Below, in pieces: positions 38,758 to 47,807 of a DNA stretch of 64,000 nucleotides. Under the pieces are notes generated by a model that worked only from the letters and a program-made list of their open reading frames with translations, made no database searches and was not told where the DNA came from. Made by a program: the position numbers and the translations under genes. Where the stretch lies: IMG/VR virus record IMGVR_UViG_3300025684_000010. The stretch is one strand, 5' to 3'. The stretch is from a virus. How positions within the stretch are numbered: the first letter of the stretch is position 1; every line of letters starts with the position of its first letter.

Positions 38758-39303
38758 TCATCGGTTTTTTTCCATAGCAACGTCTTTGAAGTTGTTATGT
38801 TCTATTATACCATACTTTTCTACAGATGTAAATAGTTTTTTCTTACTATTGTAACGAATCCATAAAGAACGATTAACTTTTGGTTTGCCTTCCTTTGTTG
38901 TCATCATAGTTTTTACAACAGCTTTTGGTATAAAGAAGTAATGTAATTTTTCTGTGTCAGGGTTAACAACAACCGCTCGGATAGCACCTTTCTTTAAGAC
39001 ACCGTCATGAGATCTTACGCTTGAGAGTTCGGCTGAACTGCTCTTGGCCGATATGTGTAATGTACCCGTTTTGGATTCAGATTCATCTGTGAAGTCTTCG
39101 TGGATACCGTCGTTGAATTCGTATAGACCATTTGAGCAGAGAGCGAACGATTGTTCTATTAAATGTTCTAGGTTAAAATCCGCAGGCCGTTGTAGAACAG
39201 CCTCACGGAAAGGACTTTCTTTATAGACTGGGTGGTTTTCAACAACGCAGTCTGCCATCAGTTTCAATTTAAGGTTTGTGTTGACCTTTTCATAATATGC
39301 CAT
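38758..39303 (-). CDS. putative PD-(D/E)xK restriction-endonuclease-like protein
   Basis: EDFTDESESKTG (D...E-x-K); own promoter. Confidence 0.4.
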   Translation of the reverse strand: MAYYEKVNTNLKLKLMADCVVENHPVYKESPFREAVLQRPADFNLEHLIEQSFALCSNGLYEFNDGIHEDFTDESESKTGTLHISAKSSSAELSSVRSHDGVLKKGAIRAVVVNPDTEKLHYFFIPKAVVKTMMTTKEGKPKVNRSLWIRYNSKKKLFTSVEKYGIIEHNNFKDVAMEKNR

Positions 39304-39335
39304 AATGTAAGTCCATTAATTTAAATTATAGATAT

Positions 39336-39364
39336 ATTATAATCTATATCATAAAGAATGTCAA
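39336..39364 (-). promoter_or_regulatory. sigma70-type promoter
   Basis: TTGACA-N17-TATAAT. Confidence 0.85.
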
Positions 39365-39381
39365 TGGTTTATTTCAGTTAT

Positions 39382-39468
39382 TTAGAGAACTTTTCTCCAA
39401 ACGTTCTGAATTCTGTTCCTTTTCATCATATGATGGAACTTTTTGTATTGTTTTGCTATGTATTTCAT
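39382..39468 (-). CDS. small basic peptide (28 aa)
   Basis: MKYIAKQYKKFHHMMKRNRIQNVWRKVL with SD AGGAAGGA; not in the ORF track. Confidence 0.45.
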   Translation of the reverse strand: MKYIAKQYKKFHHMMKRNRIQNVWRKVL

Positions 39469-39549
39469 GTTTCCTTCCTGTTGCCTACATGTTACAGTAA
39501 TGTAACATATAAATTTATATATACAAGAACTACTAACAAAATCAATAAT

Positions 39550-39777
39550 TTATACAACTTTTGGTGGAACTGGTAATAGAAACGTTCTTACTGTTGCCAA
39601 TTTATCTTCGGCTTCGGCAAGTTTTGCGACTTCAGCATCAAGAGTTTCAACTGTACCAGGATGTTCTGCTACTCCAACTCCATTCTCTAAAAATACCGCA
39701 ATGTTTGCTGTATGTTCTGCAATGGCTGCTTCATACCTTGAAACTAACGCATTAACTAATATTTCTCTAATTGCCAT
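39550..39777 (-). CDS. conserved marine-phage hypothetical protein
   Basis: Start reassigned to MAIRE (SD AAGGAG); ENGVGVAEH motif. Confidence 0.7.
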   Translation of the reverse strand: MAIREILVNALVSRYEAAIAEHTANIAVFLENGVGVAEHPGTVETLDAEVAKLAEAEDKLATVRTFLLPVPPKVV

Positions 39778-39778
39778 T

Positions 39779-40192
39779 TTACTCTCCTTTAAGTTTTGGT
39801 AGGATACCATGATTGCCTTCATGAGATGGAGCCGTCCATCCTTCAGGTTTCATCAAGTCAGGTAATCCTAGTGGGTTTGGCCGTCCTTCCTTTACTCCAG
39901 GTTCTTTGGCCATGTTTGCTTCGAGAACTGCGTCCCAAGCTTTATAAGGATCGACTCCGAAGGCATCAAGAGTACCGATTGCCACTACACAAAGGTCAAC
40001 TAAACCATCAACGATTTCTTCGGAGTCGATATCTTTTTGAGCTGTTCTTGTTTCTTCGAGTTCTTCTTGTAGGAAGTTAACTCTAAATTCCAAAAACGCT
40101 TTCAACTTTTCCACATCTGCGTTTGCTACCCAGTTGTGTGTTTTATATTTTGATTGCATATCAACAATATCTTTTACCCAATCCTTACTCAT
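39779..40192 (-). CDS. MazG-like all-alpha NTP pyrophosphohydrolase (candidate dCTPase/dUTPase)
   Basis: EELEE..EEIVDGLVDL..VLEANMAK..KPEGW. Confidence 0.8.
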   Translation of the reverse strand: MSKDWVKDIVDMQSKYKTHNWVANADVEKLKAFLEFRVNFLQEELEETRTAQKDIDSEEIVDGLVDLCVVAIGTLDAFGVDPYKAWDAVLEANMAKEPGVKEGRPNPLGLPDLMKPEGWTAPSHEGNHGILPKLKGE

Positions 40193-40404
40193 AATTTATC
40201 CCTTAGTTCCATAAATCCACCAATTGCTTCACCATCCATAGTAATCTGTGGAAAGGTTCTTGCAGTTGGAAACTTTTCAAAAAATTCATCTTGTTTGTAA
40301 TCAACATCCAAGGATTTGTATACGAAGTCCAATCCTTTGGACTCACAAAGTTGCTTTGCCATATTACAGTATCCGCAATTTGGTTTTCCGTATATTTCTA
40401 TCAT
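40189..40404 (-). CDS. glutaredoxin
   Basis: CGYC; TFPQI; IGGF. Confidence 0.92.
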   Translation of the reverse strand: MIEIYGKPNCGYCNMAKQLCESKGLDFVYKSLDVDYKQDEFFEKFPTARTFPQITMDGEAIGGFMELRDKL

Positions 40405-40688
40405 ACTAGTTTTAAACCACCAGAACCAGGCATGATTAGTCCAGTTGTGGCTTCAATTACTTGCGCTTTCAACTCGTCCATTGGCTCTGCCAAGAACATA
40501 ACTGAATTTTCGTTTATCACGATTGGTTCACGAGTAGCATAAGGAACGAATGGCACCATTCCAATTTTACCTTCACCAGCTGGGACTAAAAGAATACCAT
40601 CCGTCAAGGTATAGAATCCTTTATCATATTTTACTTTTGCCACAACTTCTTCACCAGTTGTAAGCCTTACGATTTGTACATCACTCAT
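40401..40688 (-). CDS. conserved T4-like hypothetical protein (Sm-like beta)
   Basis: IVRLTTGEEVVAKV. Confidence 0.65.
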   Translation of the reverse strand: MSDVQIVRLTTGEEVVAKVKYDKGFYTLTDGILLVPAGEGKIGMVPFVPYATREPIVINENSVMFLAEPMDELKAQVIEATTGLIMPGSGGLKLV

Positions 40689-40719
40689 AATTTTTCCTCA
40701 TTAATTTGTTATTGTGTAT

Positions 40720-40748
40720 ATTATAACACAGTTTGATATAAATGTCAA
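40720..40748 (-). promoter_or_regulatory. sigma70-type promoter
   Basis: TTGACA-N17-TATAAT. Confidence 0.85.
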
Positions 40749-40753
40749 TAGTC

Positions 40754-43312
40754 TTAACTAAAAAAGTCATCGAGAGTATTAACCTTCTCCGCTGACCATC
40801 CAACCGCATCAAGGATTGACTGTATGGGACTCAAGAATACTTTGTCAAACTGAAGTTCAGTATCAACGTAATCGTGTAGTCCAAGTTGTTTTGGCAATAA
40901 GCCAGGAACCGATATTGCGTTCTCACGAATAGGATTAGGTACCTTTAAATATAATAACTTGACTTTGTCTCCACCTTGGATAGTTTCAAACTTCTTGTCA
41001 AGTCCTTTCTCTTTAAGGAAGTGGTTATACATTAAGGATCCACGAACATGCATTGGAGTACCTTTTCTGTATATAGATCCTTTGTCTTGGTACTTCTTAA
41101 GTTCATTAACACCCGAGGTCTTTGCGATGGCCATAGGATCTAATGTACGAAACAGTTCTTTGAAATCTTTAATGAAACCTTGAGTTGTTTCTTCATCAGT
41201 ATTCATAATGATCTCAAAACATTGCTTGAGTTTATCACGACAGATCTCAGGAGTCGAAGATCTTACTGATTCTAATCCTGTTACCGATACCTTAGGAGTA
41301 TCGTAGTGAACGCCTTCTGAGTTCAATGTATTTAGAATATATCGTTTCTTAGCAACAAAGATTGCTCGGTTAGTAATCTTTTCACGTTTCATTACCATTG
41401 CGTTACGATATGTACCTAGATCAGCAGCAAGCTTTTCATAACCATCTTCGATGACTTGTTCAATTTTAGTTGAACAGATTCTATCAAGGAACTCTTCACC
41501 TTTATCTTTATCAATATCAGTCGTACCAAACACTTCTTTAATCAGAGGACCGAAGTCAACATAGATAGAGTCGGTATCAATATAGATGATATAGTCATGG
41601 TCAGTTGTACCTAGAGTTCTATTTAAATAATCATTAACCGACTTTTCAGCATAACGAATACCTAACTGACCGCTTGTTGTAATTGCCTCGGCCATTTCAT
41701 TAATATAGTATAAGAAATATTTGTTAGCAGTAGCACCATACAAACTGTTCATGGCAATCTTAATTGACATTTGTGAATTGTGTAATTGATTGATCTCACG
41801 CTTTAGGCGTTTGAGTTCTCTTGGATCTGTCTCAACCTCAAACTGTTGTTCAGCAAGGATCATCTGCTTTTTGATAACAGAACGGTTATTATAGTATTCA
41901 TCAATAATTTCAGGAATGATTCCTTGCTTCTTATTTGAAAAACAAACACCGTTAGCAGCCACTGATACATTAGGACGATCATTCTTATATTCACGATTCA
42001 GTACCATGTCTTGAGTCACGTATTCACGATCATTGGGCATATAGGTTTCTGGTGACATGTTATATTGTAACATTAAGTGAGGGTATAGAGAGTTAAGGTC
42101 AAAAGATACAACCCAAGGATGCATTCCAACTTTAGGATCTTTAACATAACCACCAACAAGATCACCAGCAACCATTCCTGGTCCACCTTTAAGTGGAGGA
42201 ACAATTTTATCTTTCATTAGTTTACGATATATGGTTGATTCCCATATACCAACTGTACCAAACGCATCACCGTAGTTAACACCACCGTCATATGCAACTG
42301 TCATAACCAACGCAAGCAATCCTGTCTCTTCTTCGAGACGAGCAATCAGTTGAGTATCTTTTAAATTATAGTCAAGATACAATTGAGGATTCTCTTCCCA
42401 TAATCCAGTTAACGAACCATATTCAGAGTAATCAATTTTCTTTTCACCAAGGACAGCGTAAGCAATATGATCTAACTTATACGATTCTTGAGGACCGTAC
42501 TTATAACCAAACTTTTTAAAGCAATCCATATAATCGAGAACAACAACACCCATAATACGATATGTTGATGCAACCTTACCAAAGATCTCTCGAGAGGTTT
42601 GTTTTAATGATTTGTGTGGAGATAAACGCTTTGTGGTTTCTTCTCCAAGTAACGCGGTGATACGAGTTACGATGTATTGAATATCAAAGTATTCAACGTT
42701 CCAACCAGTTACAACATCAGGATAATCAGTTGTCCATAGTTTCATAAAGTATTGAAGTAAAGCACGTTCACCATCAATACCATCAAACAATACGAACTCA
42801 ATCTTATCTTGAGGAATATCAGTAACAGTTTTAGTCTTGTCATAATCTTTGCGACCAAGTACATAATATACATCATCTCGAGAACTATGATAAGCAATAG
42901 ACGTAATCGGTTTATCGGCAGTGTCCATATTTGGATAACCATCACTGATGTCAACCTCAATATCAAACGATACGATATTGACCTGGCTTACGTCATATGT
43001 AATCTTACCAGGATACTCTTCTTGAATAAACTGAGTTACATAATTTGTTGAACCAAACGTCTTCATACCGTGAACACCTTTGTATTCTTCGATGAAGTTC
43101 TTTGCTTCTCGCATATCACCAAACTTGTGTGGAGATACAGGTAAGTTACCTTCTAACGAATGGAAACCTTCTGCACCAGACTTTGGAGTATGAATGTATA
43201 GAGTAGGCTGAAATGGAACGCGGTACGAGAAACGTTTACCATTTTCGTAACCTCGATGTAAAATATTGTTTCCGTATCTTTCAACGGATGTATAGAATTT
43301 AGTCAATGCCAT
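40754..43312 (-). CDS. gp43: family B DNA polymerase gp43 (unsplit)
   Basis: SFDIE; SFDLNSLYP; KIAMNSLYG; YIDTDS; KKRY. Confidence 0.98.
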   Translation of the reverse strand: MALTKFYTSVERYGNNILHRGYENGKRFSYRVPFQPTLYIHTPKSGAEGFHSLEGNLPVSPHKFGDMREAKNFIEEYKGVHGMKTFGSTNYVTQFIQEEYPGKITYDVSQVNIVSFDIEVDISDGYPNMDTADKPITSIAYHSSRDDVYYVLGRKDYDKTKTVTDIPQDKIEFVLFDGIDGERALLQYFMKLWTTDYPDVVTGWNVEYFDIQYIVTRITALLGEETTKRLSPHKSLKQTSREIFGKVASTYRIMGVVVLDYMDCFKKFGYKYGPQESYKLDHIAYAVLGEKKIDYSEYGSLTGLWEENPQLYLDYNLKDTQLIARLEEETGLLALVMTVAYDGGVNYGDAFGTVGIWESTIYRKLMKDKIVPPLKGGPGMVAGDLVGGYVKDPKVGMHPWVVSFDLNSLYPHLMLQYNMSPETYMPNDREYVTQDMVLNREYKNDRPNVSVAANGVCFSNKKQGIIPEIIDEYYNNRSVIKKQMILAEQQFEVETDPRELKRLKREINQLHNSQMSIKIAMNSLYGATANKYFLYYINEMAEAITTSGQLGIRYAEKSVNDYLNRTLGTTDHDYIIYIDTDSIYVDFGPLIKEVFGTTDIDKDKGEEFLDRICSTKIEQVIEDGYEKLAADLGTYRNAMVMKREKITNRAIFVAKKRYILNTLNSEGVHYDTPKVSVTGLESVRSSTPEICRDKLKQCFEIIMNTDEETTQGFIKDFKELFRTLDPMAIAKTSGVNELKKYQDKGSIYRKGTPMHVRGSLMYNHFLKEKGLDKKFETIQGGDKVKLLYLKVPNPIRENAISVPGLLPKQLGLHDYVDTELQFDKVFLSPIQSILDAVGWSAEKVNTLDDFFS

Positions 43313-43337
43313 AATGCCTTTTTATATTTGAACAACC

Positions 43338-43366
43338 ATTATATACTAGTTGACGGAGAATGTCAA
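43338..43366 (-). promoter_or_regulatory. sigma70-type promoter upstream of gp43
   Basis: TTGACA-N17-TATAAT. Confidence 0.85.
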
Positions 43367-43369
43367 TGG

Positions 43370-45082
43370 TTATTGTACTAACTCCGAGAAGTTCTTGATT
43401 TTCTCAAACTTGAGGTTGTTCTCAAACTTTTCAGCGAACTGATCACCACGATGCGATATCACAAAGATGTTGTCATCGTTATTCAATCCATGTAGTGTTT
43501 CAATCAAACTTTCAATACCAACTCCATCCAATGCACCATCGAGTGTTTCGTCAAGTATCAATAGGTTAGTTGAAACGGAGGATCTCAGTTTAGCAACTGA
43601 TCTCCAAGCCAACATGATTGATAGTGTGATACGTAGTTTCTCACCTTCGGAAAAACTAGCATAGGTGAACTTGTCTCTGAACCTTGAACGTATTACTTCA
43701 TTAAACTCTTCGTCAAGTTGAAAGTCAACGAACAGATCAAACGCAGCAAGATACTTGTTGATAAGTTTATTAATTACAGGAATGTACTGAGAAATAATCT
43801 TTGCCTTGATACCACCGTCTCTCAATATCAATTGAACAATATTGAGTACCTCATGTTCATCAAGAAGTTCAGTACGACTTGCAGTTAGCTTATCTATTCT
43901 CTTTTGTAGATTCTCAAGTTTAGAAGTATCAATTTCAGCAACTTCCTTTTGAGCATTATCAAGTTCCTTTTTATAACTCATTAGAGCATTCTTGGACATT
44001 TTGATTTCAGCTCGGATCTCAGAGATCTTAAAGTTAACTGATTGAATCTGTTCTTCGATTTTTGAGATAGAACCTAAACGAGTCTGATGTTTTGTAAGTA
44101 CGTCTGCTATTTCAACAAGACCTTTCTCAATCTTAGCCTTCTGTTGATTCTTATCTATAATTTGTTCTTGTTTAAAGTCGTGGGCAATACCCTGCTTACA
44201 TGTTGGGCAATCATCATTGTGTTCGTAGAACGATAGTTCCTTTTCAAACGCAACACGAGATCTTTCAAGTTCAGCTCTCTTTTCGGTTGCATCAGAGAAC
44301 TTTTTCTTTTCTTCAGGTTTATCAGAGATATCGTCGTAGAGTACTTTTATAATCTCATCTTGAGAATCAATAGTACTATTCTTAGTTTCTATATCATCGA
44401 TATGACCACTCATCTTTTCTTTGATCTTATCAACTTCAATAGATTTTAGATTACGTATTGCTTCATCGCTTTCTTCTTGAGATACGATTTTGCTCTCAAC
44501 CATTTCTATTTCGTATTTGTTTTCGTTAATATCAGTCTTGATACTTGACATACGTTCTTTTGCCAATGTACCCATAACAGAGAATACTTGAATATCCAAT
44601 AGGTCTTCGATAATCTCTCGACGTTGATATGCTCTCAATTCCATAAAAGGAATATAAGTAGCAGAACCAAGTACTACGATTTGATTGAATGCTTTAAAGT
44701 TGATACCTAGAATATCGTCTTCGAGGAATCCTTGATAGTCTCGAATAGATGCATCTTTATTAATCATTGCACCATTCTTCCATATCTCAAAGAGATTAGG
44801 TTTGATACCACGAAGGATTTTGTACTTATCACCACCTGCTGTAAAGTATAATTCTATAATGAGTTCTTTATTATTAATAGAGTTAACAAGCTGTGCTTTG
44901 TTGATATTACGAAAAGGTCGGCCGTATAGACCAAATACAATTGCATCAAGCAATGTACTTTTACCTGAACCATTTGATCCTGCGATCAATGTACTAGGAA
45001 CTTGATTTAGTTCAACTGTTGTAAATACGTTTCCTGTCGATAGTATGTTTTTATATTTAACCTTCTCAAAGTTAATTCTCAT
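43370..45082 (-). CDS. gp46: recombination endonuclease ATPase subunit gp46 (SbcC/Rad50-like)
   Basis: GSNGSGKST; CPTC hook; FSEGEK; LDE. Confidence 0.96.
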   Translation of the reverse strand: MRINFEKVKYKNILSTGNVFTTVELNQVPSTLIAGSNGSGKSTLLDAIVFGLYGRPFRNINKAQLVNSINNKELIIELYFTAGGDKYKILRGIKPNLFEIWKNGAMINKDASIRDYQGFLEDDILGINFKAFNQIVVLGSATYIPFMELRAYQRREIIEDLLDIQVFSVMGTLAKERMSSIKTDINENKYEIEMVESKIVSQEESDEAIRNLKSIEVDKIKEKMSGHIDDIETKNSTIDSQDEIIKVLYDDISDKPEEKKKFSDATEKRAELERSRVAFEKELSFYEHNDDCPTCKQGIAHDFKQEQIIDKNQQKAKIEKGLVEIADVLTKHQTRLGSISKIEEQIQSVNFKISEIRAEIKMSKNALMSYKKELDNAQKEVAEIDTSKLENLQKRIDKLTASRTELLDEHEVLNIVQLILRDGGIKAKIISQYIPVINKLINKYLAAFDLFVDFQLDEEFNEVIRSRFRDKFTYASFSEGEKLRITLSIMLAWRSVAKLRSSVSTNLLILDETLDGALDGVGIESLIETLHGLNNDDNIFVISHRGDQFAEKFENNLKFEKIKNFSELVQ

Positions 45083-46140
45083 AAACTAAGTGCCTCATGA
45101 TATAAATCATCCAATACAGTTTTTACTTTAACCTTATCAATTGTAGTCTCAAGACCATCAATGTATTGTGATAATATTTCTGTCGTATCTTTTGTTTCGT
45201 CAAGTATCTCATCAACACCTGCTGCGTCTAAATTTAAATGGTCATCAACGGCTCTAACATCTACCGCACCACATTCAGACATACGACCCATAAACATATC
45301 ATAAAGATATGCGTTAGTTCTATTCTGTACGATTACCTTAACGAACTTGTCTCGATATTGTTCTACATCGTAATTCGCAACATCATCAACAGTCCAACCC
45401 TCATCGTCATAGAATACTTTATAGAATACACGATTAGGATTCTCAATCTTAACCATCTCTCTCGTTTCAGTATCAAATACATGAAAGCCTCGACTACCTT
45501 TATAATCAGACCATGTCATTTCATAAGGTGATCCAAGGTATTCAACATTACCATATCTTGAAGGATGGTGGAAATGACCAGAGAACGCAGATTCAAAATT
45601 CTTAAACACGTTCATATCAATACCATGGGTACACAATGCACCTTTCATCATCTCGAAACCTTGCACTTCAAGATGTCCCATCAATATATTAGCATTAGAA
45701 TTCTTTACGATTTCTAGATTCTTTTCGCCGTTCTCTTTATTCAACCAAGGTAGCATAAGGAATTTAGTTGAACCAATTTCCAATTCTACTCCGTCGTCTT
45801 GATATAAAGTAAACTGCGGATACTCTTTGGTCAATAGATTCATACTATTGATTTCGTTAGTACTCGCATAGTAAGTATCATGATTACCAACAAGCGCGTG
45901 GAAATCTATGTTACGTTTTGCTAAATTGTCAAAGAAGAATGATTTACCTGCCGATAGTGACGCATAATTAATATACTTACGACGGTCGAATGTATCCCCA
46001 AGATCAAACACGGTTGTGATACCATGTTCATCAATATATGGAAAGAATAATTCTTCGAAAAACTTTCTTTGAACTTCGTGGAATACTTTGCTATCTCCAC
46101 GGACACCGATGTGAATATCGGTAACGATCGCGATCTTCAT
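45079..46140 (-). CDS. gp47: recombination endonuclease nuclease subunit gp47 (SbcD/Mre11-like)
   Basis: TDIHIG; LGDTFD; GNHD; GHFH. Confidence 0.96.
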   Translation of the reverse strand: MKIAIVTDIHIGVRGDSKVFHEVQRKFFEELFFPYIDEHGITTVFDLGDTFDRRKYINYASLSAGKSFFFDNLAKRNIDFHALVGNHDTYYASTNEINSMNLLTKEYPQFTLYQDDGVELEIGSTKFLMLPWLNKENGEKNLEIVKNSNANILMGHLEVQGFEMMKGALCTHGIDMNVFKNFESAFSGHFHHPSRYGNVEYLGSPYEMTWSDYKGSRGFHVFDTETREMVKIENPNRVFYKVFYDDEGWTVDDVANYDVEQYRDKFVKVIVQNRTNAYLYDMFMGRMSECGAVDVRAVDDHLNLDAAGVDEILDETKDTTEILSQYIDGLETTIDKVKVKTVLDDLYHEALSL

Positions 46141-46141
46141 A

Positions 46142-46720
46142 TTACTCCTGGGTGGCAGATTTTTCTTGTTCGGCTTTTGCGTTGTCTATTGCTGCTTGGG
46201 CGCGTGCGATATAAGCTGTCATTTGGTTTCTTTGCTTTGTAATTTTTTTCTTCTTCTTTAATGCTCTATCCCATTTGAGTTGAGATACTTTCTGAGAAAA
46301 TACAACTCCATGTAGGTGGTCAAATTCATGTAAGAAACATCTTGCGGTATAACCTTCAAAGTTTCCGGTTTGTGGATTACCATCTTCATCATACCACGAA
46401 GCTTCAACGGATGTTGGTCGATGCATTTTGAGAAACACATCAGGGTAGGTAAGACATCCTTCAAAGTCAAGTTCTGTTTCTTCCGAGACAGATAGGACTT
46501 TAGGATTAACGAACATCATTGTATTCTCTTTGTCTTCACCGATAATAAACACTTTATAATCAATACCAACTTGAGAAGCAGATAACCCTAGACCTCTTTT
46601 GGAGACCATCAGCTCTACCATATCTTCCTTGGTTTGCTTTAAATCAATCTGTGGATTTTTGATGTCAACATCTTGTAATTCTTTAAATAGAATTGGATCC
46701 TTTGTAGATACTAATTTCAT
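46142..46720 (-). CDS. def: peptide deformylase
   Basis: GLGLSASQVG; EGCL; HEFDHL. Confidence 0.95.
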   Translation of the reverse strand: MKLVSTKDPILFKELQDVDIKNPQIDLKQTKEDMVELMVSKRGLGLSASQVGIDYKVFIIGEDKENTMMFVNPKVLSVSEETELDFEGCLTYPDVFLKMHRPTSVEASWYDEDGNPQTGNFEGYTARCFLHEFDHLHGVVFSQKVSQLKWDRALKKKKKITKQRNQMTAYIARAQAAIDNAKAEQEKSATQE

Positions 46721-47106
46721 AATTTACCTTCTTCTCTCAATGATTGTCTAATTTCACTTGACATAATATAATCTTTAGACGGTTTCATATCATAGTTAGA
46801 TATTCCATTACCAAGTCCGTTGAGGGACCCAACAATATTTGGAGTACATACTATAACATAATGCTGTCCATCATAGAAGCCTTCTCTTTCTAGTGCTATC
46901 GTTATAGAATTGATAACATCTATCTCACCGAATGGAGCGTCTTCTCCTTCCGATTTATATACTTCTTTGACTATTATAACAACTTGTCCTGTGAATGTCA
47001 AGGCCTTTTTAAATAAATTTGTATGACCTGCATGCCAGGGTTGCCATTTACCTACAATTTGAATAGAAGGTTTCTTCCAATCAAATGGGTTATCATAATC
47101 TAACAT
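46717..47106 (-). CDS. cytidylyltransferase-like (HxGH) protein
   Basis: VGKWQPWHAGH; SSEIR. Confidence 0.7.
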   Translation of the reverse strand: MLDYDNPFDWKKPSIQIVGKWQPWHAGHTNLFKKALTFTGQVVIIVKEVYKSEGEDAPFGEIDVINSITIALEREGFYDGQHYVIVCTPNIVGSLNGLGNGISNYDMKPSKDYIMSSEIRQSLREEGKL

Positions 47107-47111
47107 AACTT

Positions 47112-47645
47112 TTACTCAGCTGCGTTGTTCTTTTTTTCTTCTGCGTCAGCATCGTTCTTTACTTTTGCCGCTTTAAGCTTGCCTTCAAAATCATCAATGA
47201 ATTCATTAATGTAATCAGGTAATATATTAGCGGACACAGCTTCACCAGTAGAATCAAATACTTCATTCTCAAGCGTTTGTCTTTGTGATGCTTTAAATTT
47301 AATATACATCTGCTTCTTCTCTTTCGAGATTCTGCGTAGGAATGCATACCAAATGATTTGCGTAAAATAAGCAAATGGGTTTTGAGATTTCTCTGGATTA
47401 AAGTTATGTATATATTGTAGACAGTTCTCTATTCCGTCTGAGACCATTTCCTCTTTATACATGTATCCACTGAAATTTGGTCGTGTTGCTAATCGTTGGG
47501 CAATTAACATAATGCACTTGCCGATGTAATCAGGCACTTGTGGATTCTTCTCTCCACTTTCTTCTGCCTCGACGCACTTACTCTTATATTCGATTAATGC
47601 GGCAAGGAGATCTTTATTGTTTACGTAGTTCTTTTTCTTAGCCAT
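47112..47645 (-). CDS. gp55: late transcription sigma factor gp55
   Basis: YVNNKDLL; RPNFSGY.YKEEMVSDGIENCLQY; NPFAYFTQI. Confidence 0.95.
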   Translation of the reverse strand: MAKKKNYVNNKDLLAALIEYKSKCVEAEESGEKNPQVPDYIGKCIMLIAQRLATRPNFSGYMYKEEMVSDGIENCLQYIHNFNPEKSQNPFAYFTQIIWYAFLRRISKEKKQMYIKFKASQRQTLENEVFDSTGEAVSANILPDYINEFIDDFEGKLKAAKVKNDADAEEKKNNAAE

Positions 47646-47681
47646 TTCAAATACAAACTCCTTTGTTTAAATATTGTAGTT

Positions 47682-47710
47682 ATTATAATCTATTTACTCT
47701 TGCATGTCAA
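47682..47710 (-). promoter_or_regulatory. sigma70-type promoter upstream of gp55
   Basis: TTGACA-N17-TATAAT. Confidence 0.85.
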
Positions 47711-47747
47711 TGGTTTAAATTTATTTTCACAAATATGAAAAAAACTA

Positions 47748-47776
47748 TTGACATTTACCAAAAGTCCTTGTATAAT
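47748..47776 (+). promoter_or_regulatory. sigma70-type promoter pointing antisense into uvsW
   Basis: TTGACA-N17-TATAAT on the + strand; no substantial + strand ORF downstream. Confidence 0.7.
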
Positions 47777-47807
47777 AAGACTATCGGCTTTAAGGTATAT
47801 AGTATGA

